DNA of 64,000 nucleotides from Octopus vulgaris (GCA_951406725.2 OX597831.1:63550001-63614000), one strand, 5' to 3'. Positions 40,912-56,171 are shown, numbered from the stretch's first letter. A program made the numbers and translations. The notes: generated by a model not told the origin, from the letters alone.

Positions 40912-42080
40912 AAATTATAATCTCGTAGACTTATACCTGGCGAATTAAAGTTGTGATGGCCGTATCCTTTCAGATTCCTAATATTCATGAAACAAACTAA
41001 TTCACTAATTCCAAAATGAACTCGAAACCCGCTCTACAACTTCAATGACTATGACGGCTTAAGTGACAATACTGCCACTGACGATGATCTTGATCATGAT
41101 GATGACGATGGTAAATATTGTGACCCAGAGATTTATTCAGATCTGGATCCACCCTTTCTTAGAGAAACAATTCAAATCCCAGGCTAGAATATTACCTTCT
41201 TCTCATTTAGAGGAAAACTCTATATTTTAAGGGTCCGTATTAAAAACGCGCCTTACCACCGGATCAAAATCGAATCAAACTTACCAAAAACTAGCTGTTA
41301 TTCAGCAATCCTTTACATGTCAACTTAACACTATCCCTATTGGACCCTTGTGTGCCTTTAGCGAAGTCTACTCTCTTGAAAAAAAATTGGGGCAAAATGT
41401 CCATTGGGAAGATAATTTTTTACCCGTCTTCCTACAGTCTCGGAGGTCCTAAAAAGAAGATAGCAGACTCTGTAATGAAAAACATAGAATTTTTTTAAAA
41501 AATAGATAATTTCCAAGCGAGTCAATAAAAGAGTTATTCAAGCACTGGGATCGATTTTAATCGACTATTCCCTGCCCTCCTTAAATGTGTGGCCGCGTGC
41601 CAATGAAAGAAATCAATAGTAATATTGGAGATGAGAAAATCGTCTGTAGGCTTCTTTAAAATATGGCCATGTCGCTGTGTAAGAAGAAATCAACATTTAC
41701 AAGTCACCACGACGATCTTCAATAAATCACTTATCTTCTTTTTTTTTTTTTGTTTAATTGCACCGACAAAACACTGTATTAAAACAAAAAGACGTAAACA
41801 AAAGCAGGAAAGCCTTTTGAGGAAACATGTTCCGCCACGACTACACACACGTTCACATAAAGATAAAAATCAATATTCTAAAAATAAAAACGCAAACACA
41901 AAACAAAAATAATTTAATAATTGAGTAAATTGCTTAGGAAAAAAAAAGCCTTCGCATATTCGATATTCCCTTGATATAGAAATTAATCACTTTACATACA
42001 TATGCATCTATCCCCACCTCACCCTGTATCTCCCTCTCTGTATAGATGTACATATATATATATATATATGCATATAATAC

Positions 42081-42115
<35 letters not shown>

Positions 42116-42202
42116 CATATATACATATATATATATACATATATACATATATATACATATATATATATATACATATATATATACATTTATATATATATAC
42201 AC

Positions 42203-42319
<117 letters not shown>

Positions 42320-43062
42320 TATACATATATACGCACATGCATACGACCATACTGGAATATATGTAATATATGTATGCAATTATCTATGCAAATGTCTATG
42401 TATAATACACAGATGGACGGCAGACTTAATCTGTTTCGTTTTTTTAATAATTGCCACTTTGTCCTTGGATATACGTAGCGAACTCTTTATGGGCTCAGCC
42501 TCGGGTCTGAAGCTGCCTGCCTCGCTTCCAGAAAATAGTTTCGACGGCTTGGATACTCCTTTCGCAACAGGAATGAACAATTAACAGTTATATGTGCATG
42601 TATAGATATATATTTTTGTTAGTATGTGTGTGTGTGCTTGTGCGTGTGTTTGTGTACTGACACACACATGCATGTGTACCTTAAGACATGTGGGGACGAG
42701 AAATTATTGAAATATGTGTGTGCCTGTGTGTGTCAGTGGGTGGCTGTATATGTGTGAGTGAGTGTGCGCGTGTGTGTGCATGCGTTTGAAGATGCGCCCA
42801 AGGTTTCTTTCTTTCTCTCTTCATTTCTTTACTTATTTCTTTCTTTCTTTATTTATTTATTTATTGAAAAACATAACGGACAAACTATTTGAATAATATA
42901 TATTATCCATGTGACATTGTTATTATTTTAAAATTCGATCGCGAACAATATAGAAGAAAATGTAATTCTCACCAGCTAAACCCACCTCTTCGACTTGTAA
43001 CTAAGCTTCATAAGTGCCAACGCACGAAACTCTCGGAACTTGCGTCATTCTGTTGCTTCCAC

Positions 43063-43710
<648 letters not shown>

Positions 43711-43899
43711 TTATATATACGTATGTGTGTCTATACATATATATGTGCGTATGTGCATATTCTTTCCTAATCTAGGCACAAGGCCCGAAATTTTGGGGAG
43801 GGGGGCCAGTCGATTAGATCGACCCCAGTACGCAACTGGTACTTAATTGATCGACCTAGAAAAGATGAAAGGCGAAGTCGACCCTTATCGTTTTTATCT

Positions 43900-43984
43900 T
43901 GGACCTGATGAGTGACTATATTTAAATTGAATTGATTTTACTGTTATCAGTTTGAAAATATAGCCACGAAACACGTGTAGTCTA
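43900..43984 (+). ncRNA. canonical-core type I hammerhead ribozyme motif
   Basis: Stem I TGGAC/GTCTA, CTGATGA, stem II GTGACTATATTT/AAATATAGCCAC (11 of 12 paired), GAAA, palindromic stem III ACACGTGT, GUA site. Confidence 0.82.
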
Positions 43985-44129
43985 TTTACTAATTATATGC
44001 TATTTATCTATTATTTTGTACTTTATTTAGTTCTAGGTAAATGTTTTATCGTATATTTAATTTTTTCCTATATGGTATGATTTAATTATATCATTGTTGA
44101 GTTGCTACATGGTGGTTCTTCTCTAATTG

Positions 44130-44231
<102 letters not shown>

Positions 44232-45084
44232 CCTCTCAACACTAAAAGTATTGCTTATTTAAACCAAGACACAATCAGCCATGTGCTGGTTTAGATCTCT
44301 CTCAAACAAGCAAGTCTTTTCCAAGGCCATGTAAATGGTTAACATGCCTCAGTAACCAAGCTTCATCAAGGTTTTGAATTATTCTAGATGACAAACAGAT
44401 ATTATCGAAAAACGAAACTGAAATTTCCTGACTAGCCAGAAAGCCTCTCATTCTTTGCAATAATTCTTTATGATCAATAATATCTAAAGTCGATCCTGTC
44501 ATTTGAGCAAAAGAGAAATTGTCTCCCCTGTCGCCAGACTTCGTTAAGGTTTATTTTGAATCTAGTCTCCTGCTCCTGGAGGATCTTTACAGAGACAATT
44601 GGCTTCTGGTACCCAAAATTCGAAACGTACCTCTACCAGCTAGATTAAGAAAAACCTCTACTGTTTATTTAACTTAATTGTTTTAGATTATGGATTCACA
44701 GTCACCAAAATAACCAAATCTGAAATTAACGCATTTTCTTGACGTCACCATTTACCCCTTTAGCTCCGCTGCCGCGAGGCTAACGAAACATTGAGTTGAA
44801 TCGCTACTAATCACAAGTGTAATTGTAACAGCTACATTACTTGCCTACTTAATTCTGTTTGCCTCAAGACATTGTTTCGTAAGTAAAGTCATTGTTATGA
44901 ACACTACTAAAATATATATATCGGCAGCACTAACAACTTATTCAAAACAAGCGTCTTTTCTAGAGAGACAGGGGTTGTACCATCTAGCAATTTTGTGAGA
45001 AGACAACAACATATTTTTATTCTGTTTCTAACAGTGATAATAGTGAGTTCCTTCTTTTCGCAGATTACAGCTATCACTTCATCA

Positions 45085-45135
<51 letters not shown>

Positions 45136-45267
45136 GCAAAAGCTTACGTTTTCGTACTCGCATTAATGTACGCGCATTGTTAGTTCTGTTGAAGTTGCTT
45201 CATTTACTTGGGGTTAGTACAGGTTCTCAGGCTTTTTGATTCCTTAATAGAGAATACAGTAGGGAAT

Positions 45268-45433
45268 ATTATTTACATTATTTACATTCGACGGATATTT
45301 GTCCTCATCTTATTTGTTGTTAACACAACGTTTCGGCTGATATACCCTCCAGCCTTCTTCAGGTGTCTTGGGGAAATTTCGAAATTTCGTAAGGTATTTT
45401 TCGATGTTGTTGTTGTTGTTGTTGTTATTATCA

Positions 45434-45491
<58 letters not shown>

Positions 45492-45563
45492 GGTCACTGC
45501 CTGCAATCGTACTCGGAATCTTGGGGTTAGTAGCCCGCGCTCTTACCACAACGCCATATGCCC
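45268..45563 (-). mobile_element. second tRNA head-(AAT)n-hammerhead composite element
   Basis: Reverse-complement homolog of 16758-17155; HHR at 45322-45367 reads GACAC-CTGAAGA-A-GGCTG..CAGCC-GAAA-CGTT-GTGTT. Confidence 0.85.
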
Positions 45564-46119
45564 ACGGGCATTCATATTCTTGCTACACTGCCAATTAAAA
45601 TAATTATATAATATTTTTCACGTGTTACTTCGGTTAATCATTTTATGTATTTTCACTGAATTATTCTCCTTAAGTTTACGAAATATTTATTCCGCTATGG
45701 GCATGAAGCCTACATACAACGTTGTGTAAATGTGTATACACATACATAGTGGCAGTCAACACTCAACTCGCATATGATTAAGACCATCATTGACAAATTA
45801 TCTTATCCTCGATGTTAATGACAATGGCTGGCTGTCAGCAATGACCATGCTGAAATTTAAAGCCAATGTTATTTCGGAATATCCTTCTTCGAGAGAGATA
45901 TTTAAACAAAGACTAAAAGGTCTCTTCCTCACAGCCGCTAAATGATCATTGACACTACAAAGTTGATCTGCCATTTTTTTTTTTTCGCTCTGCACCCTCC
46001 TTGCAAATCAGGCTTGGTAGGGTTGCTGGTTCAGTCGCCGACGGTCCGACCATGTGACAGGTTGTACTGGATGACATGTTACCAGTAGCATAAAGAGTGA
46101 TTTGATGCATTCATGCTAG

Positions 46120-47010
46120 TAGAACTTTGTAAACAAGCCTGTAGGTGTTTCTCTTTCGTTAGGCAGGCTCAAGGTGTGAAAGCATTTTTGTTGCTTTTGG
46201 TATCGTTAGGTATAATCCTTTTGCTTTCACAATGTAAAGTTCAAAGGTACAAAGTCCAGGTTAGATCTAGAGAAACGTCTACGAAATCAAGTGTTGACAG
46301 TTTGGTAGGGACTGTGATTTTGAAGCCTAATTGACTAAAGGTAGTGATTAGCTTTTTTCTTAAATTTATCAAGAGTGTGAGCATCACAACCACGGGAAAT
46401 ACCCAATCCATTGTTTCGATATAGACCAATATCGAGGAATGGGAACTTGGATTTCAATGTAAGAGATCTACTAGACCGCAGATGTCAATACTGCAATACG
46501 ATCCCATCGATGCACCGGACAATTCATCTGTTATCGGATGTTTTAACCAACGCAGAGCCCTTGCTAAATACAAGTATTTTTCTCGAAGGAACGATAAAGT
46601 CTAGGTTTATATCTTTGCAAACTCAATCGCCTGATCAAGCAGCGAAATCAATTTAGAGGGATAAATATCTATAATATCGAACTGTTTAAATCTAGCCCTA
46701 TGCTCGTCATTTAAATTCTTAAACTATACTATTACAGAATTGTTATTATCCCATTGTTTTAGCATAGTGGTCTCTGATTTTGATATTATTTTAATAATTG
46801 TTTGGCTGCTAACCCGATTTTAGTCCTCGCTGGATTTGATAATCTATAAGTGGCCTCATTACTGAAATTAGGTTCTTTTTAGACCGTCTCAAGTTTCTAA
46901 TATCAGAGTTTAGTTTGGCTTGAAATGGGTTATAGTACTTATAATCTAATATTGGTAATTAAATCAAGGTCTACCTCAAAAGAGGTTAAATCTTTTATCC
47001 TGAGAGGCAT
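46120..47010 (-). pseudogene. degenerate Penelope-like element reverse transcriptase
   Basis: Ordered minus-strand motifs YRLSNPARTKIG, QFDIIDIYPS, ASMGSY...DICGLV, IGLYRNNG (decayed YRDD), RKKLITTFSQLGFKIT, LDFVDVSLDL. Confidence 0.8.
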
Positions 47011-47035
47011 ACGCACATATACATATGTATGTATG

Positions 47036-47069
<34 letters not shown>

Positions 47070-47075
47070 TGTATG

Positions 47076-47119
<44 letters not shown>

Positions 47120-47160
47120 CATATATATCTGTGCGTGTGTGTCACACTAAATGTGACTAG

Positions 47161-47399
47161 GGTGTTAGGAAACTGCTACATTGCTAGAAATAAGAGCTAA
47201 ACCGCTTTACTGCTGTGGTTAACGCACATAAATGAAAACATATTCACTAACAGGGACCATAATCGTCCGAAAAGTGCCGAACGAGAAGTCTTAATACTGA
47301 CGTTCGGCACTTTTCGGACGATTATGATCCCTGTTAGTGAATATGTTTTCTACAGCGGTTTAGCTCTTATTTCGAGCAATGTAGGTGTTTACTAACACC
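47161..47399. repeat. long inverted repeat (fold-back)
   Basis: Inner arms 47234-47283 and 47301-47350 (49 of 50 paired); outer arms 47176-47206 and 47354-47384 (30 of 31 paired). Confidence 0.93.
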
Positions 47400-47464
47400 T
47401 TACTCACAATTAGTAACATTTGTAACTCTCCTTTTTGGTGAATCATTGCAAACTGGTGTGTATA

Positions 47465-47497
<33 letters not shown>

Positions 47498-47549
47498 TGT
47501 GTATGTGTGTGTGTGTGTGTGTGTTTGTGTGTGTGTGTGCATAGCATTC

Positions 47550-47875
47550 ACTATCTTTCCCCTCGTTCTCATCCAACGACCCTCTATGTTTGTTTTCGTT
47601 CGGTTCCGTTGTATATTCACCACTGTCCTGTTTTTGTTCCTAAATTTGACTCTCCATAAAATCCAAATTTTATTTTGGAGGTTATGGGAGCAACTGTCTT
47701 CGAAGACTCATATTATCGTTGATTGCACGAAATGAGGAGTTGATAGACACCTGGCAACTGATGAAGGGTTACTTGCCCTGTTTGCAATTTTTTTTCTCAC
47801 GTTGTTTGCGTTTTTAACTCGCTGGGCTTTCGTATTTCATGTTATTTGCAGTTGGTGACGTCCTGTACCCATATA

Positions 47876-47916
<41 letters not shown>

Positions 47917-48480
47917 TGTATATATATTATATATCTTGTATATATATATATATGTATATGTATATATTATATATATATATTTTATATATCTTGTATATAT
48001 ATATGTATATGTATATATATATATATTATATATTATATTATATTATCTTATATATATATATGTATATATAATATATATTATATATATATACATACATATA
48101 TATATACTGTATATACATACATATTATATATAATAACAAAATAATATATATACATACATATATGTACATACCTACATCTATATGTATATATGCATGCTTA
48201 TATGGGTACAGGACACCAAAAAAACGTTGAACACAATGAGAAACGAAAACATAAAATCAAAAACATGGAAACGGCCTTTTTTTCAAGCAACGAAAATACA
48301 ACGTACAAGACATCGACTTCGTTGAAACAGTCCTTCCCGGAAAGCAAATTAAATAAAATCTGGGATTTTTTGCGGAGGGGTAAAAGTGGTAACAAGAACA
48401 GGACAGTAAAAACAAAACAAGATAGTAAAACCAATACAAATAAAAACAGTAAAAGACAGGACAAGGAGAATAACACGGTA
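47550..48480. mobile_element. tail-to-tail pair of related repeats around a TA-rich tract
   Basis: GTCCTGTACCCATAT at about 47860 faces ATATGGGTACAGGAC at about 48200, with weaker homology outward. Confidence 0.55.
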
Positions 48481-48489
48481 TGGTTCTCC

Positions 48490-48621
48490 GAGTTCACTTG
48501 ACTGCGTGGCACTTCTTCCAGCAGAACTCTTCTACTGTAGCTTTCTACTGTGCCAACCAAAGACTTGTGAGTGGATTTGCTAGACGGAAACTGAAATAAA
48601 CATGTCTGATATATATATATA

Positions 48622-48675
<54 letters not shown>

Positions 48676-48862
48676 GTGCTTGCTCCCCCACCATCGCTTG
48701 ACAACCGATGTTGGTGTGTTTACGTCCTCGTAACTTAGCGGTTCGGCAAAACAGACCGATGGAATAAGTACTAGGCTTACAAAGAAAAATGTCCATAGAC
48801 TAAAGGTGGTGCTCCAGCATGGACACAGTCAAATGACTGAAACAAGTAAAAGAATAAAAGAA
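48490..48862 (+). mobile_element. tRNA-derived SINE, second family, 5' degenerate
   Basis: CTTGTGAGTGGATTTG...GCTCCAGCATGG...GAAACAAGTAAAAGAATAAAAGAA. Confidence 0.82.
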
Positions 48863-48956
48863 TATATATATATATTAGAAATTTCAAATTTCTAAATGTC
48901 TCAAAGAGACAACCACTTTCTCTCTCTCTCTCTCTCTTTATATATATATATATATG

Positions 48957-49020
<64 letters not shown>

Positions 49021-49026
49021 TGTATG

Positions 49027-49057
<31 letters not shown>

Positions 49058-49349
49058 ATATATATATATATATATGTGTGTGTATGTATGTATGTGTGTG
49101 TGTGTATAAATCCCTTCAACTTCGTAGTTTCATTGTTGCATGAACATGTGTGCAGGCAAAGAGGTTGTTGTTGATGTTGTTGGATGTTTGTTGTGGCGTA
49201 TTTGAGTGAGTAGGAGGGTGTGGGGGAGGGAATTGAAGGAAGTTGGTTCAGTGTGATGTCTGCGGCTGGATATCTCATCACTCTATTGGAGTCAAACTCC
49301 GGTATGTCCATTGGTAAATATATCGAGATAAGATCGTGAGAGAGGGTGA

Positions 49350-49947
49350 ACAAATGCGTAGATGCGAGAAAGGAGGGAGAGAGAGAAGGAGAAAGAGAGG
49401 GGGAAAGGTGGAAGGAAGAGGGAGGAGCACTGTGGGGGAAAAACAGAGGGAGGGAAGGACGAAGTGAGTAGAGCTAAAGAGGAAGACGAGTAAGAGAGAG
49501 AAGGTGAGTGATACAGAGAAGAAGAGAGAGGAAAGATGCAGGGAGACAGAATTAGTGAGAGAGAGAGAGAAAAATGTTGAAGTTATTGTTCCCACGAGAG
49601 AAAGAAAATATAAAGGCATAGAGAGTGTGAAAGAGAGAGTTGAGAAAGAAAAAGCAAGCGGGAGGGGAGAGAGAGAGGGGGGGTCAGAGACAGCGTTTTG
49701 TGTGTGGGTGGGGGTGCGTTTGTGTGTGTGTGTGTGTGTGTGGAAAAGTGAAGATTATGAAAACAAAACTGGAAGAAGAAATTTATGATATTAGAAAGAG
49801 AGGGGGAGGAAAAGGAAGGAAGAGAAAGGAGGGAGGGAGAAGGGAAAGGAAGGAGTAAGAGAGAGAGAGGAAAAGAGATCAAGTGAGAGAAAGGGAAAGA
49901 AAGGTGATATGAAAGAAATGTCTATGTATATGGTGCACATGTGAGAA

Positions 49948-49981
<34 letters not shown>

Positions 49982-51206
49982 GACGAGAGAGAGAGGGACA
50001 GAGGGACAGAGGGAGACAGAGGGACAGAGGGAGATTCCCATGCTGCATATTGAGAGGGAGACAAAGTAAGAAGTCATATGGAGATGCAGAAATATGAGAG
50101 AGAAGGAGAGGAAATAGAAGAAGAAGAGAGAGAGAGTGAGTGTGTGTGTGTGTAGGAAAAGAAAGAGAGAAAGAGATAGGAAAAGAGAGAGAGAGAGAGA
50201 GCATGTGCGTGTGGATAAAGTGTATTCGTACGTGTGTGTGAGAAAATACTAAGAAAGGAAGTGTGTGTGTGTGTGTCTATGGACACGAGGGACAGGGATT
50301 CGGTGTGAGCGTGCGTGCGTGCGTTTGTGTGTGTGCGTGGGAGTGTGTGTGAGTGTGTCTGCGTCTGTGTTTGTGTTTGTGCGTGTGTGTGTGTGAATGT
50401 GTGTGTTTGTGTGTGTATGAATGTATATATCTGTGTACATGTGTGTGCGCGCGTGTGTGTTTGTGCGTGCGGATGTGTGTGTATATGTGTCTATGTGTTT
50501 GTGTAAGTAGGTATGCATGTGTGTGTGTGTGTGTGCGTGCGTGTGTGCGAAGCGTGCCTGGAAAGACAGAGAGCTGAGTTCGTGAGAACGTGAATGTGGA
50601 CAGAGAGAAAGAGAGAGAGACAGAGACAAAGAGAGCAAGGGAGAGTTGCGTGCGTGTCTGTAGATATGCGTGTGTGTAGGTTGCACAAGCGTGTGTGCGA
50701 GTGTGTGAGTGTGCCTGTGCGTGTGTATGTTGGGTGTGCTTCTGTGTGTGTGTGTGTGTGTGTATTTTCTGTGTTGATAGATATAACGTGTGGAACGTGT
50801 ATTTCTCTCAAGAGAACGCATGTGTGTTGTTTATATGTGTGGTTAGATTCGATAATGTGATAGAGAGAAAATAGAGACGGGAAAGAGAGAGGAGTGAAAG
50901 AGAGAATACTAAGAGTGACAGAGACAGGAAGAGCCCGAGGAGGAGGGAAAGAGGATTGCGGAAGAGTGTAGAAGTGAGAGAGAGGGAGAGAAAGAAAGAG
51001 CGACAGAAACGTAGAGAGAGAGTTGTTAAAAACTGTTTTGGTGATGGTTAGAATATCTATATAAGAAAAATGAGATTTGATAAACTAAACAAGTGTGAGA
51101 GAATGAAAGAATGAAAGAATGAAAGAATGGTAGTAATGTTAATAACGATGAGTGAGATAATGTGGTATTGTTATGGTATAATGGGGAAGTGGATTTGAGA
51201 TGGTGA

Positions 51207-51240
<34 letters not shown>

Positions 51241-51278
51241 GGTCGTGATGATGATGATGATGATTTTGATGATGATAT

Positions 51279-51323
<45 letters not shown>

Positions 51324-51461
51324 CGACGATGATGATGATGGTGGTGGTGGTGGTGGTCGTGATGATGATGATGATGATTTTGATGATGATATTGATGATG
51401 ATGATGATGATGATGATAACGACGATGATGATGATGATGATGATGACGATGATGATGATAT

Positions 51462-51503
<42 letters not shown>

Positions 51504-51961
51504 CGATGATGATGATGATGATGACGATGATGGTGGCAATGAAAGAGACGTGTGGGGTGATGTGAGATGGTGATGGTGGTGATGATCATAGAGATAGGAA
51601 AGAGGATTATGTGAGTTAGAGATGATGATGATTACGATGACGATGATGATGATGATGATGATGATGACGACGATTGTGGTGGTGGTGGTTCCAGGGTGAC
51701 GGGGTGGGGTGATGATGATGATTGTGACGACAACGATGATGATTGCGATGATGAAAAGGATACGAGGTAGAGATTGCGATGGTAAAAGCTGTGTGAGGCA
51801 ATGATGGATGGCAACGATGTTGAACGTTCCACATGAGATATTATTGATGGAAGAAGACAATACGAAACAGATGAGATGATGTGAAGGGAGGGAGAGATGT
51901 GTGTGAGCCTGCGATGGGATATGTGGAGTAGAAATGATGAAGCTAGGGGTGTCGAGTTTAC

Positions 51962-52003
<42 letters not shown>

Positions 52004-53289
52004 GAAGAATGAGATGTGAGTTAGTGATAACGATGATGGCGATGAGAGATGTAAAGTTGTGACGTGAGTAATGAAACGTGAGACCATTAGTGTGATGAAA
52101 GCGATGTGAGAAATGATATGAGATAACAGTGATGATGATAATGGATCGGTAATATGAGGAATATAAGGTGATATGATGATGATGATGATGGGTGGGGTGA
52201 TGTAAAGAGTTTATGGTTTCGATGACGATGGGTGACATTATGCGAGGTAGTTATCGAAATGAGAGGAAGATGTGAGTATGGTGATGAAAGAAATGTGAGA
52301 TATAAAGATGGTGGTGAAAAGATATGTTGCTATGGTGATGATAACAATGTAAGATGAAAGTAGGGATGATGAGAAAAATGTGATGTGACTGTGCTGATGA
52401 ATGTGATTTGAAATAAAGATGGTGACGATAAAGATGAGGAGTGAATGCCGATGGTGATGATGATGACGACGATGATGACGATGCTGATGAGGATGATATT
52501 AATGGTGATGATAGTGGTGAGAAAGGTGCGAGGTAATTATTGTTATCGCGATTTGTTAAGAAAGATTTTGGAGGAGTGATTGTGTGAGAGGTGATGAAAT
52601 AGATAATATGTAACTGTGGTGTTGACGACTGCATTGAAGTGGACGTGAGAGACATGCGGTGAGGTGGGCGATGACAGGCGATGAAAGAAATGTGAAGCAA
52701 TGATCTTGAAGAAAGAAATGTGAGGCAGGGATGATGATGGCGATGATGATGATTGTGATGATGATGATGATGACGATAGTGGTGGTGGTGATGAGAAGGA
52801 GGAGGTGGAGGAGGAGGAAATGATGATGATGATGATGATGATGAAGATGAAGTTGAGGAAATGATGATGATGACGATTATGATAATGGTGATGGTGAAGG
52901 TGGTGGTGGCGGTGGAAGTGTGGTGGTGATGAGGATGAAGAGGTGGAGGAGGGGCGGCGGACGACAACGGCGATGATGGTGATTATGGTGATGGCGGTGG
53001 TGGAGATGTCCACGAGAGAGATGCGATGTGGCTGATGATGGTAGCAATGAGGAAGGTGCAAGTTAATAACGATGTTGTGGGGGGTAGAGGGGTGGAGGTC
53101 GTGAAGATTGCGATGACAGAGATAATGTGAGTTAGTGATGATGATGACAGAGTTAATAGTTAATGCGAAATTCTAACAGAGGTCACATACATACATGTAA
53201 ATATATACATATATATATAACATACATATATCTATATACATATATATGTATATATACATATATATACATATATATAATACATACAGATA

Positions 53290-53327
<38 letters not shown>

Positions 53328-53766
53328 AATACACATAAATATTCATATACATATATATATGTGTGTGTATATATATATATATACATATATGTACATACAT
53401 ATATATATATGTGTATATATATATGTGTGTGTATACAGACACACGTGCATGCACACACGCATATATATGCATATATACATACATATGTGTATATTTATAT
53501 ATATATATATATATATATATAAAGAGAGAGATAGAGAGAGAGATGGGAGAGATGAGGTGGCGATTGTATTGGACAAGACTCTGGAGTTAATGAAAGCGGG
53601 AAAGAGAGAAAATATTTTATAAAAATAAACAATTAGTAAGTGGGTGATAGTCAGCTGTCATTTTCTTTACTCTCTCCCTCCCTTTGTCTCTCTCTCACTC
53701 TTCCCTCTCCCGCTTTCTTCCTCTTCCTCTCTCTCCCTCTCTCTCTCGCCATATACATACACACAC

Positions 53767-53813
<47 letters not shown>

Positions 53814-53829
53814 CACACACATATATATG

Positions 53830-53873
<44 letters not shown>

Positions 53874-53915
53874 CGCACACGCACACACACATATATATGT
53901 ATATGTATATGTATG

Positions 53916-53950
<35 letters not shown>

Positions 53951-54179
53951 TTACGCACGCACAAATACTTTTATGTATGTGTGTGTGTATGCGTGTGTCG
54001 TGTAGGTGCGTGTGTGTCTATCTCTACTTATCTTTCACTTATTTTATTTTTCTATCTTAATCCTCTTCTCTTCTCTTATTCATGTTTGGAGTTGAATTAA
54101 ACCTGAAATTTAACATAAACAGAGAGAAAGAGAAAGCGATAAGTAAATAGTTATTATTGATAGGTAGATGGGGAGGGAA

Positions 54180-54218
<39 letters not shown>

Positions 54219-54268
54219 CGGACAGACAGACAAGCAGGGAGGGAGAAAGACAGAAAGTGAGAGAGAGA

Positions 54269-54314
<46 letters not shown>

Positions 54315-54560
54315 TAGAAGGAAAGGAAGCGGTTGGGATATACTGAGGAGGGATAAAGCGAGAAAAAGCAAGCAGTGATATTTGAAGAGAGAAATGTAAA
54401 GTGAGTGTACGAGCTAAAGAATTGAGAGAGAGACAGAGGGAGAGACAGAGAGACACAGAGAGAGAGAGAGTGAGAGGTGGTGTAAACTGTGGAGTGAGGG
54501 GAAGAGGCGGAGGAGGGTGAGAGAAAAGGGGAAGGCAGAAAATATAAGTGAGAGAGAGCG
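49350..54560. repeat. ~5 kb mosaic of GA-rich polypurine, (GT)n, decayed (GAT)n and (TA)n simple sequence
   Basis: Direct reading. Confidence 0.9.
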
Positions 54561-54720
54561 AGCGAGAGCATTTGCGAGCGAATTAGTGAGAAGGAGCGAG
54601 TGAGTAAATGAACGTTCGATAATGTCCCAGCAGTAGGAGGCAAAAGCGGTAGGAATAGCAGACTGACAAGCGCCATTCAGTTGAGGCGAGTGGAGCTGCA
54701 CGCAAGATAGAAAGCGAGAG
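54560..54720 (+). promoter_or_regulatory. putative core promoter with Inr-like TCAGTT (54677-54682) downstream of GAGA-rich DNA
   Basis: GC/CpG-enriched unique segment; ATTCAGTT matches the protostome Inr consensus TCAGTY; about 580 bp upstream of the putative ATG. Confidence 0.45.
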
Positions 54721-55257
54721 AACCTAAGCAATATATATATATATATATATATAATATATATAAAATATATACACACACACACATACACATACATATATAT
54801 ATATATATATATACGTACATACACGCACGTACAGGAACACAGAAACATACAAATCTTTACACATTCTCGCGCGCACACACAGACGGAGAAAGGTAATATA
54901 GACCCAAATATATATATATATAAATATATATATATACACACATATATATACACATATACACACACATATATATATATATACGCTCACACTTATACTGAGG
55001 TGTGTGTGGTGTAACTGAAGCAATATTTGGAGATTTTTGTCTGAACTAAGTCAGCAGTTATTGTTTTACTAGTGAAGTAAACGCTCTCATTCTCTCTTGT
55101 ATCACCTTGATTTTTTTTTTCCTTTCCCCTCCAACACCTTGGAATTTTTTTTAAATTTTTCGGTTTTTAATTTGTTTTTTTTTTCCAACTTGTGAACCCT
55201 GGCTCGCACGCTTTAACCATTCTTCGACAACAATCGGCTTTTTACTTACTTTACGCC

Positions 55258-55333
55258 ATGGCAAAACTAGAACTATTAACAATGAAGATATTCATCTTTG
55301 GAGTACTTGTCTCCATGTTTGCAGCCGCAAAAG
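55258..55333 (+). CDS. putative first coding exon encoding a signal peptide of a secreted or membrane protein
   Basis: Kozak-like GCCATGG; MAKLELLTMKIFIFGVLVSMFAAAK(G) has a basic n-region, hydrophobic h-region and small-residue c-region; ends at phase-1 donor AAG|GTAAAA. Confidence 0.55.
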
Positions 55334-55439
55334 GTAAAACTTTTCTTTTCCACTTCAACACCTTCGTTTTATATATGTATATATATATATACACATTTTT
55401 TATATTTCAAATCACCACCATCGTCACCATCATCAACAC

Positions 55440-55493
<54 letters not shown>

Positions 55494-55875
55494 TAATTAC
55501 ATTCTATTTCTCAAATCATTTGCTTTTGTGGCTCTTTTTTCAATTTATATATATATTCTTTCATTTTTCATTTTATTTACCGAATTGATTGCGTCAAGGA
55601 AGGAAGGAATCTCTTAGAACTTATACACACACACACTCTCTCACTTTTTCCTTATCTTTCTTTTCCTCTCTCTTTCGCTTTCTCTTTCTTTCTTTCTGCC
55701 CCTCTTTCCCATGCCAGATATTTTTATTAGAACATTCTATTATTTTCCTTTTTTTTTTAGAAAAAAAAAAAAATTTTCTTTCTTTCCCGGCTCCCTACAC
55801 ATTTTTACTTTTTCATTATGAACTATACGAAGAAATACTAAAATATCAAATCATGGTCTCCCGCAAACACGTTTA

Positions 55876-56004
<129 letters not shown>

Positions 56005-56171
56005 CGTTCATATATATATATATATAACGTTATATTTAAGTCCACTTGTTACATCTGTCGTTTGATGTTATTTTCAAGAATTTTTTATTCGCTAAGTGGT
56101 TACTGTCATCACCACCATCCTCGGTGTCATCAACGCCACCACCATCATCATCGTCATCAAAATAACCATCG

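Noticed and set aside
42466-42584. GC-richer stretch with protein-like translation ([17 protein letters not shown]...)
   Set aside because: No convincing splice sites or recognisable homology.
47728-47785. GAAA...CTGATGA as a permuted hammerhead
   Set aside because: Stems I and III could not be paired convincingly.
51026-53061. His/Ser-rich ORFs up to 355 aa on the minus strand
   Set aside because: Decayed (GAT)n low-complexity DNA with overlapping ORFs in several frames and no domain or splice evidence.
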